Assembly (NCBI GenBank): GCA_964291625.2 | Contig: OZ220089.1 | Location: 512,001-576,000, forward strand | Origin: Candidatus Latescibacterota bacterium | GTDB taxonomy: Bacteria > Latescibacterota > UBA2968 > UBA8231 | Length of the DNA stretch: 64,000 bases | Direction of reading: 5' to 3' | Shown: positions 28,917 through 39,057 of the stretch, piece after piece | How the letters are laid out: the number at the start of each line of letters is the position of its first letter | How positions within the stretch are numbered: position 1 is the stretch's first letter | Notes under the pieces: generated by a model | What the model saw: only the letters and a program-made list of their open reading frames with translations | The model's database searches: none | What the model was told of the DNA's origin: nothing | Program-made: the position numbers and the translations under genes

Positions 28917-31900
28917 GCGAGCCCCGGGGGTACCTGCTCCCCCGCCTCAGCCTCGACCGGCCGGTGAGCGTCATCATGGCCGTCGCCGCCCTCCTGGTGG
29001 TCGGTGTCGTGGCCTACACCCGCATTCCCCTCGACCTGGTCCCGGCCGGCCTGGAGGGGGACCGGCTCTACGTCCGCGCCCCCTACCCGGACGCCAGCCC
29101 CGCCGAGGTGGAGCGGGAGGTGGTCCGCCCCCTGGAGGAGGCGATCGCCACGGTGCCGCGGGTGGCCCGGGTGACCAGCGGCGCCAACCGCGGCGGCGGC
29201 TGGGCCAACGTGCGGTTCCAGTCGGGGACGGACATGCACGAGGCCTACGCCGATCTGCGGGACCGCATCGACCGCGCCATGCCCGAGCTGCCCGAGGAGA
29301 TCGAGCGCGTCCAGGTGCTTCGGTGGAACCAGGACGACTGGCCGGTCATGTGGATCGGCGCCTCTCTGAAGGGGGAGTTCGCCGACGCCTTCCAGCTCCT
29401 GGACGTGCACGTGCGCCCCGCCCTGCAGCGCATCGAGGGCGTGGGAACGGTCGAGGTTCGCGGCGAGGCCGCCCGCCAGGTGCGCGTCGAGCTGGACCTG
29501 GGGCGGCTGCGCGGCCACGGCGTGGAGCCGTACGAGGTCGGCCGCCGGCTGGGGAGCCGCAACTTCGCCCTGCCCGGGGGCCGGGTCCTGGAGGGAGGGC
29601 GCCGGCTCCACGTGCGCTCCCTGGGCCGCTTCGAGTCCCTCGACCAGGTGAGGCGGCTGGTCATCGACGAGGATCACGGCCTGCGCCTCGGGGACGTGGC
29701 CGAGGTCGCCCTCAAGCCGCCGAAGCGGGAGTGGTTCAGCCGCATTGACGGCCGCCCCGCCCTCGGGATCGAGGTGATGAAGGCGTCGGGGGGCAACCTG
29801 GTGGAGATCTCCCGCGGCGTACGGGCCAGGCTGGAGGAGCTGCGCCGACGGCCGCACCTGCAGGGCGTCGACTTCGAGATCTTCTGGGACCAGGGCGAGC
29901 ACATCGTCGAGTCGGTGGACAACCTCAAGTCCACCGGCCTGTGGGGCGGCCTCTTCGCCGGCCTCGTGCTCCTGTTCTTCCTGCGCGCCGTGCGCATGAC
30001 CCTGATCATCACCCTCGCCATCCCGCTGTCGGTGACGGCCACGGTGGCCACCATCTACTTCATGGGCTGGAGCCTGAACCTGATCACCATGATGGGGCTC
30101 ATGCTCAGCCTCGGCCTGGTGGTGGACAACGCCATCGTCATCGTCGAGAACATCCACCGCCGCCGGCAGGAGGGCGCCGGCCCCCGGGAGGCGTCGATCC
30201 GGGGCGCCGGCGAGGTGGGCCTGGCGGTGACCATGGCCACCCTGACCACGGTGGTCGTCTTCCTGCCCCTGATCCTGATGAGCGGCGACGAGGAGTTCGC
30301 CTTCATCATGCTGCGCCTCGGCGGACCCGTGATCGTCGGCCTGCTGGCGTCGCTGGTCATCGCCCTGCTCATCATCCCCCTGGCGGCGCAGCGCATCGGC
30401 ACCTCGGGGAGCGGCGGCGACCCGCCCATCGTCGCCCGGGGCCGCGCCGCCTACGAGCGGGTCCTCGCCTGGGTCCTCACCCACCGCCTGGACACGACCC
30501 TGATCGTGCTCGCCGCCATGCTGAGCATGCAGATCCCCATGCAGGGCCTGGACCGCACCGACGGAGGCAGCCGCAACCAGAAGGACATCTGGCTGGCCTT
30601 CCGGATGCCCGAGGGCCAGACGATCGAGGCGGCGGACCGCTTCATCGCCGGCGTCGAGGACACCCTGCTGAGCCATCGCGAGACCTACGGCATCCGCCTC
30701 CTCGAGACCTGGTCGAGCAACAGCTTCGCCCGCATCCACGTGATCCTCGAGGAGGCGGAGTCCAACGAGTGGTACGCCGTGGCCTGGCACGACCTGCTCC
30801 AGGCGGCGGGCCTGCGGCAGTCGCCGGACCTGGACTACGGGGAAACCCTGGAGGACATGAAGGAGCGCATCCTCACGCCTCCCGGCTTCGAGTTGCGCAT
30901 CAACTGGCGCGACGGCGGGGGCGACGACTCGGCGGTCTCCGTCAACCTCCACGGACCCGACACCGACCGCCTCGTGGAGCTGTCCCGGGAGGTGGAGCGG
31001 CGCCTGGAGGGGATCCCGGGCCTGCTGTCGGTGCAGACCGACGTCGACCGCGGCGGCACCGAGCTGCAGGTGCGCCTCGACCGCGCCCAGGTGCGACGCT
31101 ACGGCCTCGACCCGCGGGCGATCTCGGGCAACATCTCCTACGCCCTGCGGGGCCGGGAGCTGACGAGGATGCACACCGACGACGGCCGCGAGGTGAGCGT
31201 CTTCTTCCAGCTCCGCGAGACCGACCGCCGCAGCATGGACCAGCTCCGCGCCCTGACCTTCAGGTCCCCCGGCGGCGGCGAGATCCCCCTGGAAACCCTC
31301 GCCAGCATGCGGGTGGCGCCGGGCCTGGGCGGCATCCGGCGCGAGGATCGGCAGACGGTCCTCGCCGTGACCGCCACGACGACGGAGGCCGGCGCCGCGA
31401 CCCTCTTCGAGCAGGTGGACGAGGCCATGGCCGGCTTCGAGACGCCCCGGGGCTACCGGTGGGACAAGGGCGAACGCTACCAGCGCCTGCAGCAGCAGGA
31501 GGACAGCCGCACCTTCGCCCTGATCCTGTCCGTGACCTTCGTCTTCCTCCTCATGGGCGTCCTCTTCGAGTCCTTCGTGCTTCCCCTCTCGGTGATCGTG
31601 GCGATCCCCTTCTCCTTCCTGGGGGTGTTCTGGACCCTGTACCTGACGAAGACGCCCTTCGACATGCTCAGCGGCATCGGCACCGTCATCCTCGTGGGCG
31701 TGGTCGTCAACAACGCCATCGTCCTCATCGACCTGGCCAACCGCCTGCGCGCCGAGGGCCTGGACCGCTTCGAGGCCCTCATGGAGGCCGGCCGCCACCG
31801 CTTCCGGCCGATCCTGATGACCACCTTCACCACGATCTTCGGCCTCCTGCCCATGGCCGTGGGCAACGCCCGCATGATCGGCATGCCCTACGCGCCCCTG

Positions 31901-32044
31901 GGCCGCACCATGATGGGCGGCCTGCTGGCGTCGATGGTGCTCACCCTCGTCATCGTGCCCCTGTGCTACACGTTCTTCGACGACCTGCGGAATCTGCTGC
32001 GGCGGGTGGGACGGTCCGCGGTGGCGGCGGCGCGGGAGAGGTGA
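28913..32044 (+). CDS. Second RND efflux permease (heteromeric partner)
   Basis: GTGA overlap; GLVVDNAIVIVE, GVVVNNAIVLID, RFRPILMT. Confidence 0.93.
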   Translation: MSEPRGYLLPRLSLDRPVSVIMAVAALLVVGVVAYTRIPLDLVPAGLEGDRLYVRAPYPDASPAEVEREVVRPLEEAIATVPRVARVTSGANRGGGWANVRFQSGTDMHEAYADLRDRIDRAMPELPEEIERVQVLRWNQDDWPVMWIGASLKGEFADAFQLLDVHVRPALQRIEGVGTVEVRGEAARQVRVELDLGRLRGHGVEPYEVGRRLGSRNFALPGGRVLEGGRRLHVRSLGRFESLDQVRRLVIDEDHGLRLGDVAEVALKPPKREWFSRIDGRPALGIEVMKASGGNLVEISRGVRARLEELRRRPHLQGVDFEIFWDQGEHIVESVDNLKSTGLWGGLFAGLVLLFFLRAVRMTLIITLAIPLSVTATVATIYFMGWSLNLITMMGLMLSLGLVVDNAIVIVENIHRRRQEGAGPREASIRGAGEVGLAVTMATLTTVVVFLPLILMSGDEEFAFIMLRLGGPVIVGLLASLVIALLIIPLAAQRIGTSGSGGDPPIVARGRAAYERVLAWVLTHRLDTTLIVLAAMLSMQIPMQGLDRTDGGSRNQKDIWLAFRMPEGQTIEAADRFIAGVEDTLLSHRETYGIRLLETWSSNSFARIHVILEEAESNEWYAVAWHDLLQAAGLRQSPDLDYGETLEDMKERILTPPGFELRINWRDGGGDDSAVSVNLHGPDTDRLVELSREVERRLEGIPGLLSVQTDVDRGGTELQVRLDRAQVRRYGLDPRAISGNISYALRGRELTRMHTDDGREVSVFFQLRETDRRSMDQLRALTFRSPGGGEIPLETLASMRVAPGLGGIRREDRQTVLAVTATTTEAGAATLFEQVDEAMAGFETPRGYRWDKGERYQRLQQQEDSRTFALILSVTFVFLLMGVLFESFVLPLSVIVAIPFSFLGVFWTLYLTKTPFDMLSGIGTVILVGVVVNNAIVLIDLANRLRAEGLDRFEALMEAGRHRFRPILMTTFTTIFGLLPMAVGNARMIGMPYAPLGRTMMGGLLASMVLTLVIVPLCYTFFDDLRNLLRRVGRSAVAAARER

Positions 32045-32133
32045 GGGGGGTGGAGGCCTGCTTTGACGCTGTCCCGACCCCTGGGTATACTCGCAGGCCG
32101 CACCGCGCAAGAGATCCCCGGAGAGAGATGAGG

Positions 32134-32745
32134 ATGGCAGAGACGGAGAAGGAAGAGGGACTGCTGAAGGAGTTCAGCGAGCGCAACATCGAGCACTCGC
32201 TGCTGAAGGCCCGCAAGATCTTCCTGTGGTCGCCGGTGGACGACGACTCGGCCAGGGCGGTGGTGACTCGGCTGCTGTCCCTCGACGCCGAGGACGGCGA
32301 GACCGAGATCGTCCTCTACATCAACAGCCCCGGCGGCTCGGTCCACGACGGCCTGGCGATCTACGACGCCATGCAGGCGGTGCGCGCCCCGGTGTCGACG
32401 GTCTGCACCGGCCTAGCGGCGAGCATGGGGGCGGTGCTGCTGGCCGGCGGCGAGAAGGGCCGCCGCTTCACCTGGCCCCACGCGCGCCTCATGATCCACC
32501 AGCCCCTGCTCCTGGGGACGATCACCGGGCGGGCCACCGACCTGGACATCCAGGCCCGCGAGATGATCCGCACCCGCGAGGAGATCCACCGCCTCCTCGC
32601 CCTGCACACGGGTCAGGAGGAGGAGAAGATCGCCCAGGACACCGACCGCGACTTCTACATGTCCCCCCAGGAGGCCCGGGAGTACGGCCTCATCGACGAC
32701 GTCGTCTCCAGCAGCGCCCTGCCGTCGCCCAACGGACAGAGCTGA
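32134..32745 (+). CDS. clpP: ATP-dependent Clp protease proteolytic subunit
   Basis: YINSPGGSV, GLAASMG, MIHQP, DTDRDFYMS..EA.EYGLID. Confidence 0.95.
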   Translation: MAETEKEEGLLKEFSERNIEHSLLKARKIFLWSPVDDDSARAVVTRLLSLDAEDGETEIVLYINSPGGSVHDGLAIYDAMQAVRAPVSTVCTGLAASMGAVLLAGGEKGRRFTWPHARLMIHQPLLLGTITGRATDLDIQAREMIRTREEIHRLLALHTGQEEEKIAQDTDRDFYMSPQEAREYGLIDDVVSSSALPSPNGQS

Positions 32746-32762
32746 GGGAGGCCAGCCCCACG

Positions 32763-32792
32763 ATGCCGCGCCCCTGCCCGGGGGTGCGGCAT
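32763..32792. terminator. GC-rich hairpin between convergent clpP and mutM
   Basis: ATGCCGCGCCCCT-GCCC-GGGGGTGCGGCAT: 13-bp stem with two G-U pairs; no long U tract. Confidence 0.5.
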
Positions 32793-32794
32793 TC

Positions 32795-33607
32795 CTATGT
32801 CTGGCAGCGGGTGCAGTAGAAGGTGGAGCGGCCGGCGATGGCGCGGTTGCGCAGCGGCCGATCGCAGACCAGGCAGCCCTCGCCGGCGCGCCCGTACACG
32901 GCCAGCTCCTGCTGGAAGCGCCCCCCGGCCCCCGAGCCCAGGTAGTCGCTGATCGTGGTGCCGCCCTGGGCCACGGCCCGCTGAAGGACCGTCTTGATCT
33001 CCTCCACCAGGCGTTCGGCGCGCCGGGGGCCGATGCGGCCGGCCGGCGTGGTGGGGCGGATGCGCGCCCCGAAGAGGGCCTCGCAGGCGTAGATGTTGCC
33101 GAGGCCGGCCACCACCCGCCCGTCGAGGAGGAGGCTCTTGATCGGCCGGCTGCGCCCCCGGGCGGCGCGGCGCAGGTACCCGGCGTCGAAGTCGTCGGAG
33201 AGGGGCTCCACCCCGAGGCGGCGGAGCCAGGGGCTGCGCTCCAGCTGCCGGGGGGTCAGGACCTGGAAGAGCCCGAACCGCCGGGTGTCGGCGTAGACCA
33301 GGGGAGGCCCCTCGTCGAGGGTGAGGACGACGTGGTCGTGGAGGAGCCGCCCGCCATCGCGGAAGACGAGGTTCCCCGACATGCCGAGATGGACGAGAAG
33401 CGTGCGCCCGGAGGAGAGCTGCAACAGCAGGAACTTGGCCCGCCGCCGGGCGCCGGTGAAGCGCTCCCCGGCCAGGGAGCGCACCCGGGCCCGGGAGAGG
33501 GGCTCCCGCAGGCGCAGGCCGCTGGTCCAGGCGCCGGTCACGGTGCGGCCCACCAGGTGGGCGGCCATGGCGGCGCGGACGGTCTCGACTTCGGGCAGCT
33601 CGGGCAT
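32795..33607 (-). CDS. mutM: Formamidopyrimidine-DNA glycosylase
   Basis: MPELPEVE, HLGMSG, GLGNIYACE, C-terminal CxxC...CxxCQ zinc finger. Confidence 0.96.
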   Translation of the reverse strand: MPELPEVETVRAAMAAHLVGRTVTGAWTSGLRLREPLSRARVRSLAGERFTGARRRAKFLLLQLSSGRTLLVHLGMSGNLVFRDGGRLLHDHVVLTLDEGPPLVYADTRRFGLFQVLTPRQLERSPWLRRLGVEPLSDDFDAGYLRRAARGRSRPIKSLLLDGRVVAGLGNIYACEALFGARIRPTTPAGRIGPRRAERLVEEIKTVLQRAVAQGGTTISDYLGSGAGGRFQQELAVYGRAGEGCLVCDRPLRNRAIAGRSTFYCTRCQT

Positions 33608-33714
33608 GGAGGCTCTCGCGGCGCGTCATGGTACCCGGCCCCCGGGTGGCGGGCAAGGCAAGGATTGTTACATTCGCCGGCCCCTCACCAGACACCAATG
33701 GAGACCAAGACTGC

Positions 33715-35016
33715 ATGGACCTGACACGCCAACCCCCCCGACGCCCCTCCAACACCGGCATGGCCGGGATCACCGGCCTGGCGCGCATGGCCGACAAGGC
33801 CCGTGGCCATAGGGCCGAGACGATCGGCGAGTTCAAGTACGGCGACGACTCCGGCCTCGACCGGGAGGTCCTCGCCCTCATCGGCGTGGGCGCCGACGAC
33901 TTCGCCGACGCCGCCGAGAGCATGTGGGACCGCGAGCTGGACGACTGGGTGCGCGGCCGGATGACCTGCTCGCAGGAGGAGATCGAGAGCTTCAACCAGG
34001 AGCAGACGACGAAGGTGCCCCAGGACGACCTGCACCGCCGGCTGCTGAAGGAGCGGCTGGCGAAGTACGCCCCCGGAAACACCGAGATCACCACCGTCTT
34101 CGCCTCCATCGAGCTCGACGACTGGGGCGCCTTCCGCGACGAGGACCTGACGGCGCGCCCCCCGCGCTCGGGATACGTGCGCAGCGTCCTCGGCATGGTG
34201 GCTACGGCCCGCATGGCCGACAAGGCGCGGGCCCACCGCGCCGGACGCATGGGCGACTACCGGTACGGGGATGACTCCTTCTTCGACCGCACCCTCCTGG
34301 AGTTCCTCGGCCTGTCGGCCGCCGACTTCGAGGAGGGGGCCTGGCGCAACCCCAACGACACCGAGCTGGGCGAGTGGATCCTGGAGCGCGTCGAGGCGCC
34401 CGCGCCGGGGGCGGTCTCGGCCCTGAACGCCCGCCTCGCCCGCCACGGCGAGGGCCACCCCGACTGGGCGGAGCGCTTCCGCCAGCGCCGCGACGAGATC
34501 TGCCCCGAGCGCAAGGACGTGACCACCTACTTCGAGCTGCAGGACATCGACGACCAGGCCTGCTTCGGCCTCGTCGACCTGAACCTGCGGGCGCCCCGCA
34601 GCCCCTACGACGCGAGCCTGGGGGGCCTCCTCTGCCTGGCGCGCATGGTCGACAAGGGGCGTGCCCACAACGCCGGCCGGCTGGGCGACTACTGGTTCGG
34701 CGGGGACTCCGGCCTGGACCGCCGGCTGCTGGAGCACCTCGGCCTCTCGCACGAGGAGTTCGCCGCCGGCCTGAAGGAGCACGCCGACGACGAGGCCGTC
34801 CTCGCCTGGCTGGGGGACCGGGTGGGCGGCGAGGAGGAGAAGGCCGCCCTCAACGCGACCCTGCAGGGCCTGGCGCCCTCGTCGGACCGCATGAAGAGCT
34901 ACCTCACCCGCGCCGTCCGCGGCCTCGACCCCGGCCGCTGGGACGTGAACAGCTTCCTGGCCCTCACCGAGCTGGACGACGAGATCACCTTCGCCCGCCT
35001 GCGCGCCCGGGTCTGA
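33715..35016 (+). CDS. Protein with three tandem DUF5069-like domains
   Basis: Three repeats of DL..(P)PR...G...LARM.DK.RA...G.Y.(Y/F)G.DS..DR.LL..LG. Confidence 0.78.
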   Translation: MDLTRQPPRRPSNTGMAGITGLARMADKARGHRAETIGEFKYGDDSGLDREVLALIGVGADDFADAAESMWDRELDDWVRGRMTCSQEEIESFNQEQTTKVPQDDLHRRLLKERLAKYAPGNTEITTVFASIELDDWGAFRDEDLTARPPRSGYVRSVLGMVATARMADKARAHRAGRMGDYRYGDDSFFDRTLLEFLGLSAADFEEGAWRNPNDTELGEWILERVEAPAPGAVSALNARLARHGEGHPDWAERFRQRRDEICPERKDVTTYFELQDIDDQACFGLVDLNLRAPRSPYDASLGGLLCLARMVDKGRAHNAGRLGDYWFGGDSGLDRRLLEHLGLSHEEFAAGLKEHADDEAVLAWLGDRVGGEEEKAALNATLQGLAPSSDRMKSYLTRAVRGLDPGRWDVNSFLALTELDDEITFARLRARV

Positions 35017-35020
35017 ACCA

Positions 35021-35755
35021 ATGGCAGGGCGGGCGGAGCGGCCCCTCATCGGGATCACCACCTCGCTCTCGGGCCAGGAGGGTGAGAGCCGCCAGGTGCT
35101 CGACCGAGCCTACGTGGAAGCCGTGGAGCGCGCCGGGGGCTGTCCCGTGGTGGTGCCGGTGTCGGCTTCGGCCGAGAGCCTGCGGCCCCTGGGCCGGATC
35201 CTGGACGGCCTGGTGATCACCGGCGGCCCGGGCATCACCGACGGGCTGGTGGGGAACCTGCCCGAGGACCTGCCGCCCACGCCGGAGATTCGCACGCAGA
35301 CCGATACCCGGGCCTTCGAGGCCGTGCGCGGCCGTGACCGCCCCGTCCTCGGCGTCTGCTACGGCATGCAGTTCATCAACGCCCGCCTCGGCGGCACGAT
35401 CTGGGCCGACGCCCAGGCCCAGCTCGGGGCCGGACCCCACTCGACGGGGCGCAACAACGGCGAGCCGGTCTTCCACGACGTGGAGGTGACGGCCGGCTCC
35501 CGGCTGGCGGAGCTGGCCGCCGGCGAGCGGCGCGTCAACAGCCACCACGTGCAGGCCGTTGAGCGGGTCGGCCGCGGCCTGCGGGTGAGCGCCCGCAGCC
35601 CCGACGGCGTCATCGAAGGCCTGGAGAGCGACGACGGCGGCCTCATGGGGGTCCAGTTCCACCCCGAGAGGATGGCGGGCACCGCCTGGGAGAGGCTCTT
35701 CGAGGACCTGGTGCGCCGGGCCCGTCAGCCCGACCGCCAGCTCTCCCCGTCCTGA
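35021..35755 (+). CDS. Gamma-glutamyl-gamma-aminobutyrate hydrolase family (peptidase C26, class I GATase)
   Basis: PLIGIT, DGLVITGG, LGVCYGMQ, VNSHHVQAV, GVQFHPE. Confidence 0.9.
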   Translation: MAGRAERPLIGITTSLSGQEGESRQVLDRAYVEAVERAGGCPVVVPVSASAESLRPLGRILDGLVITGGPGITDGLVGNLPEDLPPTPEIRTQTDTRAFEAVRGRDRPVLGVCYGMQFINARLGGTIWADAQAQLGAGPHSTGRNNGEPVFHDVEVTAGSRLAELAAGERRVNSHHVQAVERVGRGLRVSARSPDGVIEGLESDDGGLMGVQFHPERMAGTAWERLFEDLVRRARQPDRQLSPS

Positions 35756-36444
35756 CGGCTGTCGACCTGGATCAGCTCGTCCCGCTCCAGGACCCAGGCG
35801 CTCAGCCTCCCCCCGTACACGCATCCCGAGTCCAGTCCCACCGCCCACGGCCGTCCACCCTCTTCCGGGTCCCGCCGCCTGACCACGAGTCCGCCCACCG
35901 CGTCGTGGCCGAAGACGATCACCCGGCCGGGCAGGGGCTCGATGGCGTCGTGCCACCGCCAGCCGTCGAGGCCGCCGTCGGGGGGCCAGGTGCGGATGGT
36001 GAGGAACTCGTCGCGCGAGGTGCCGGCGGGACCCCGCTCCGGGTGGATGCCGGCGTGGGCCAGCAGAAACCCCTCTCCCTCGATCGACAGCGGCGTCCGC
36101 TCCAGCCACTGCAGCAGCTCGTCGAGGACGAGCCGCAGGGCCTCGAAGGTGCGGCGCTGGTCCGGACGCCCGAAGCGGACTTCCCTCCCGGCGCGGTGAT
36201 CCCGCATCTGCGCCATGAGGCGGTCGTCGTGGTTTCCGAGGACCATCTCGGCGCCGGTGTCGCGAAGGATCTCCCAGACCCGCAACGGCTCCGGGCCGCG
36301 GCTGAAGGCGTCGCCCGTGAGCAGCAGGCGGTGCGACGACGGGGAGTACCCGGCGCGATGCAGCAGTTCCTCGAACTCGACGGCACAGCCGTGGACATCG
36401 CCTACGAAGAGGGTGTCCCGGCGGGGTTCATGGAGGTGTCTCAT
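35725..36444 (-). CDS. Metallophosphoesterase (ApaH/PrpE-like)
   Basis: GDVHGC, GD...RGP, GNHD, HAGI, FGHD, LDSGCVYGGRL. Confidence 0.9.
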   Translation of the reverse strand: MRHLHEPRRDTLFVGDVHGCAVEFEELLHRAGYSPSSHRLLLTGDAFSRGPEPLRVWEILRDTGAEMVLGNHDDRLMAQMRDHRAGREVRFGRPDQRRTFEALRLVLDELLQWLERTPLSIEGEGFLLAHAGIHPERGPAGTSRDEFLTIRTWPPDGGLDGWRWHDAIEPLPGRVIVFGHDAVGGLVVRRRDPEEGGRPWAVGLDSGCVYGGRLSAWVLERDELIQVDSRQDGESWRSG

Positions 36445-36500
36445 TCTTTGTAAATCTGGTGAACGGGCCGTACCATGGGAACCACCAAAGGAGGAGCGTC

Positions 36501-37445
36501 ATGCGCACCTGCCTCGCCTCCCTGCTGGCCCTGAGCGCCTTCCAGGGCCTCGCCACCGGCACCCACGCCCACGTGGGCGACGAGATCTACCCCTTCTTCG
36601 AGTTGCTCGACGAGGACCTGGACCGCATCGACCTGACCGACGGCAGCGTCGAGGACTGGCTCGAGGTCATCGGCGAGCCCCCGCTCACGGCCGTCGACTT
36701 CTACTGGGGGTACTGGGGAGAAATGGCATACGATCCATCAGACGTGGACTTCCGCATCTGGCTCGCCTGGCACGAGGACAGCAGCACCCTATGGATCGCC
36801 ATGGAGCGCTTCGACGATCTCTACCTCAACTTCTACGACGGAGAAGGACCCTACAGACCGTATGAGATGCAACTATGGGACTCCAGCATCCGGTTCATGG
36901 TCGACGGCGACCATACCGGCGGGACGTACAGCTACTTTCTCGGAAGGAACTGCCATGACTGCACGCCCGACCAGGTCCTGGAGAACTACCGGCAGGCCCA
37001 GGAGTGGGTGGCGATCGCCGAGACGCCTGACGGCGAGCATCTCGAGCACTACGGGCCCAGCGAGTGGGTGGTTGGGGAGCCATATGCCGACGCGGGGGGC
37101 GGCGTCATCGGCAAGACCCCGGCGACGACCGTTACCGAGTTCAGGGTGACGCCCTTCGACGATCTGATCTACAACGACGAGGCCTCCTCCGAAGCTTCAC
37201 AACTCTACCCGGGCAAGACGATCGGGTTCTCGATAGCCACGCGGGACTACGACGATACCGAATGGAAGGATGGGCATGGTCCAGTCGCGACCCCAATGTC
37301 GCTGACCGGTACGACGCAATCCCTGATCCACGCCGACTTCTTCGTCGACGGCCTGCTCATCGGCGCCGGCGATGATCCATCCCTCTACGACGACGCTTCC
37401 GCCGTGGAACCCTCCTCCTGGGCGCGAATCAAGGCGAGCTTCTGA
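36501..37445 (+). CDS. Secreted acidic protein (DOMON/CBM9-like) with C-terminal AVEPSSWARIKASF motif
   Basis: RBS AAAGGAGGAG; signal peptide; DGSVEDW, WDSSI.FMVDGDHTGG elements. Confidence 0.72.
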   Translation: MRTCLASLLALSAFQGLATGTHAHVGDEIYPFFELLDEDLDRIDLTDGSVEDWLEVIGEPPLTAVDFYWGYWGEMAYDPSDVDFRIWLAWHEDSSTLWIAMERFDDLYLNFYDGEGPYRPYEMQLWDSSIRFMVDGDHTGGTYSYFLGRNCHDCTPDQVLENYRQAQEWVAIAETPDGEHLEHYGPSEWVVGEPYADAGGGVIGKTPATTVTEFRVTPFDDLIYNDEASSEASQLYPGKTIGFSIATRDYDDTEWKDGHGPVATPMSLTGTTQSLIHADFFVDGLLIGAGDDPSLYDDASAVEPSSWARIKASF

Positions 37446-37447
37446 AC

Positions 37448-38929
37448 ATGCTCTTCATCGACGACCACCACATCCACTCCAGCCGCGGCGTCGTCCGGCG
37501 GGTCCACCGGCTGGACAAGCACCCCGACAACCCGGTGAAGCACTTCACCGATCCCTGGGGCTCGACGCTGGCCAACCACGGCGGCTTCGAGATCGATCCG
37601 GCCACGGGCGAGTTCGTCCTCTGGTACTCCACGCGGCCCCTCGATCCGGAGGGCGTGACCGACGCCCGCTTCATCTGCCAGGCCCGCTCCGACGACGGCG
37701 TCCACTGGGAGACGCCGCCCCTGGGGCTGTTCGAGTTCCGCGGCAGCCGCGACAACAACATCTGCGTCGTCAACTACCCGTACTCCGGCGTCTACCCCGG
37801 GCCCCACGAGCTGTCCGGGCCGTGCATCGCCCGCGACCCCCTCGACCCGGACCCCTCGGCCCGCTACAAGATGGCCCTGTGGCGCTACAACCGGGACCAC
37901 GACCCGGAGACCGGGAAGCGGCTCTACGAGTCGAAGGACACGCCGTACCCGACGGGTCTCTACACGAACACCTCCCCCGACGGCATCCACTGGCCGGCCC
38001 GCGAGCGGCTCGTGCATACCCACGCCGACGGCTTCGGCGACACCTACACCTGGATGCTGGACACCCTTCGCGGCGGCTACCGCCTCTTCGGCAAGCGCCT
38101 CTACTGGGACAACCGCTGGGCCAGCGGCAAGGTGCGCGACGGCGAGCCCGGCACCTGGGTGCGCCTGCGCCACACCTGCTCGAGCCCCGACTTCGCCTCG
38201 TGGTCGCCCCACGTGCCGATCCTGCCCATCGACGAGCACGACCGGCCCCGGGACCAGGTCTACATGAACAACGGCTTCGTGTACGACGACATGTACCTCG
38301 GCTTCGCCCAGATCCTGCACGCCCTCGACGACTGGGCCATGGACCTGGATCTGGCCTGCTCCCGCGACGGCGAGGAGTGGCTGCGGCCCCCCGAGGCGCG
38401 GTGCATCATCCCGCGGGGCGAGGGCACGGCCTGGGACAGCGGCCGCATGGCGATCTTCCCCTCGGCGCCGGTGCCGCGGGAGGGGCGGCTCCACTTCTAC
38501 TACACCTCCGCCGCCCAGTACCACTCGCCGGCGCCGAAGCGCGAGATCCCTCCCGGGGTGGAGAAGCCCCCCGGCCTGTGCCTGGCGACGCTGCGGCAGG
38601 ACGGGTTCGCCGGGATGCGCGCCGATGGCGGGGGCCTGATCCGCACGCGGCCCCTGCGCATCGACCACCCTGACCTGCTGGTCAACGTCGACGCCGGCGC
38701 AGGGGGCTCCTGCCGGGTGGGACTGCTCGACGAGGGCGGCGCCCCTCTGGCCGGGTACGGCCCGGACGACATGGAGCCGATCCGCGGGGACCACCTCGGC
38801 CAGCCCCTGCGCTGGCGCGACCGGGACTCGGTGGCGGGCCTTCACGGCCGCTGGATCACCCTCGAGGTGCATCTGCAGGGCGCCGAGTTGTTCGCCGTCC
38901 ACAACCGGAACGCCGCGCCCCGGGGCTGA
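37448..38929 (+). CDS. Putative five-bladed beta-propeller glycoside hydrolase-like protein (GH32/43-like)
   Basis: Repeated S.DG.HW motifs (ARSDDGVHW, TSPDGIHW, CSRDGEEW), WDSG, LRQDGF. Confidence 0.65.
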   Translation: MLFIDDHHIHSSRGVVRRVHRLDKHPDNPVKHFTDPWGSTLANHGGFEIDPATGEFVLWYSTRPLDPEGVTDARFICQARSDDGVHWETPPLGLFEFRGSRDNNICVVNYPYSGVYPGPHELSGPCIARDPLDPDPSARYKMALWRYNRDHDPETGKRLYESKDTPYPTGLYTNTSPDGIHWPARERLVHTHADGFGDTYTWMLDTLRGGYRLFGKRLYWDNRWASGKVRDGEPGTWVRLRHTCSSPDFASWSPHVPILPIDEHDRPRDQVYMNNGFVYDDMYLGFAQILHALDDWAMDLDLACSRDGEEWLRPPEARCIIPRGEGTAWDSGRMAIFPSAPVPREGRLHFYYTSAAQYHSPAPKREIPPGVEKPPGLCLATLRQDGFAGMRADGGGLIRTRPLRIDHPDLLVNVDAGAGGSCRVGLLDEGGAPLAGYGPDDMEPIRGDHLGQPLRWRDRDSVAGLHGRWITLEVHLQGAELFAVHNRNAAPRG

Positions 38930-39057
38930 GACCGCGGGGCTCTCAGCCGCTCCTCGTCCACGATCGCGCAGGGCCTCGGGTTCGGACAGAGCGGGGGCTT
39001 GCCCGGTCCCCGGGCCGTGGGGGTTCCACCATCCCGCCCATCCCTTAGTTTCCTCTC

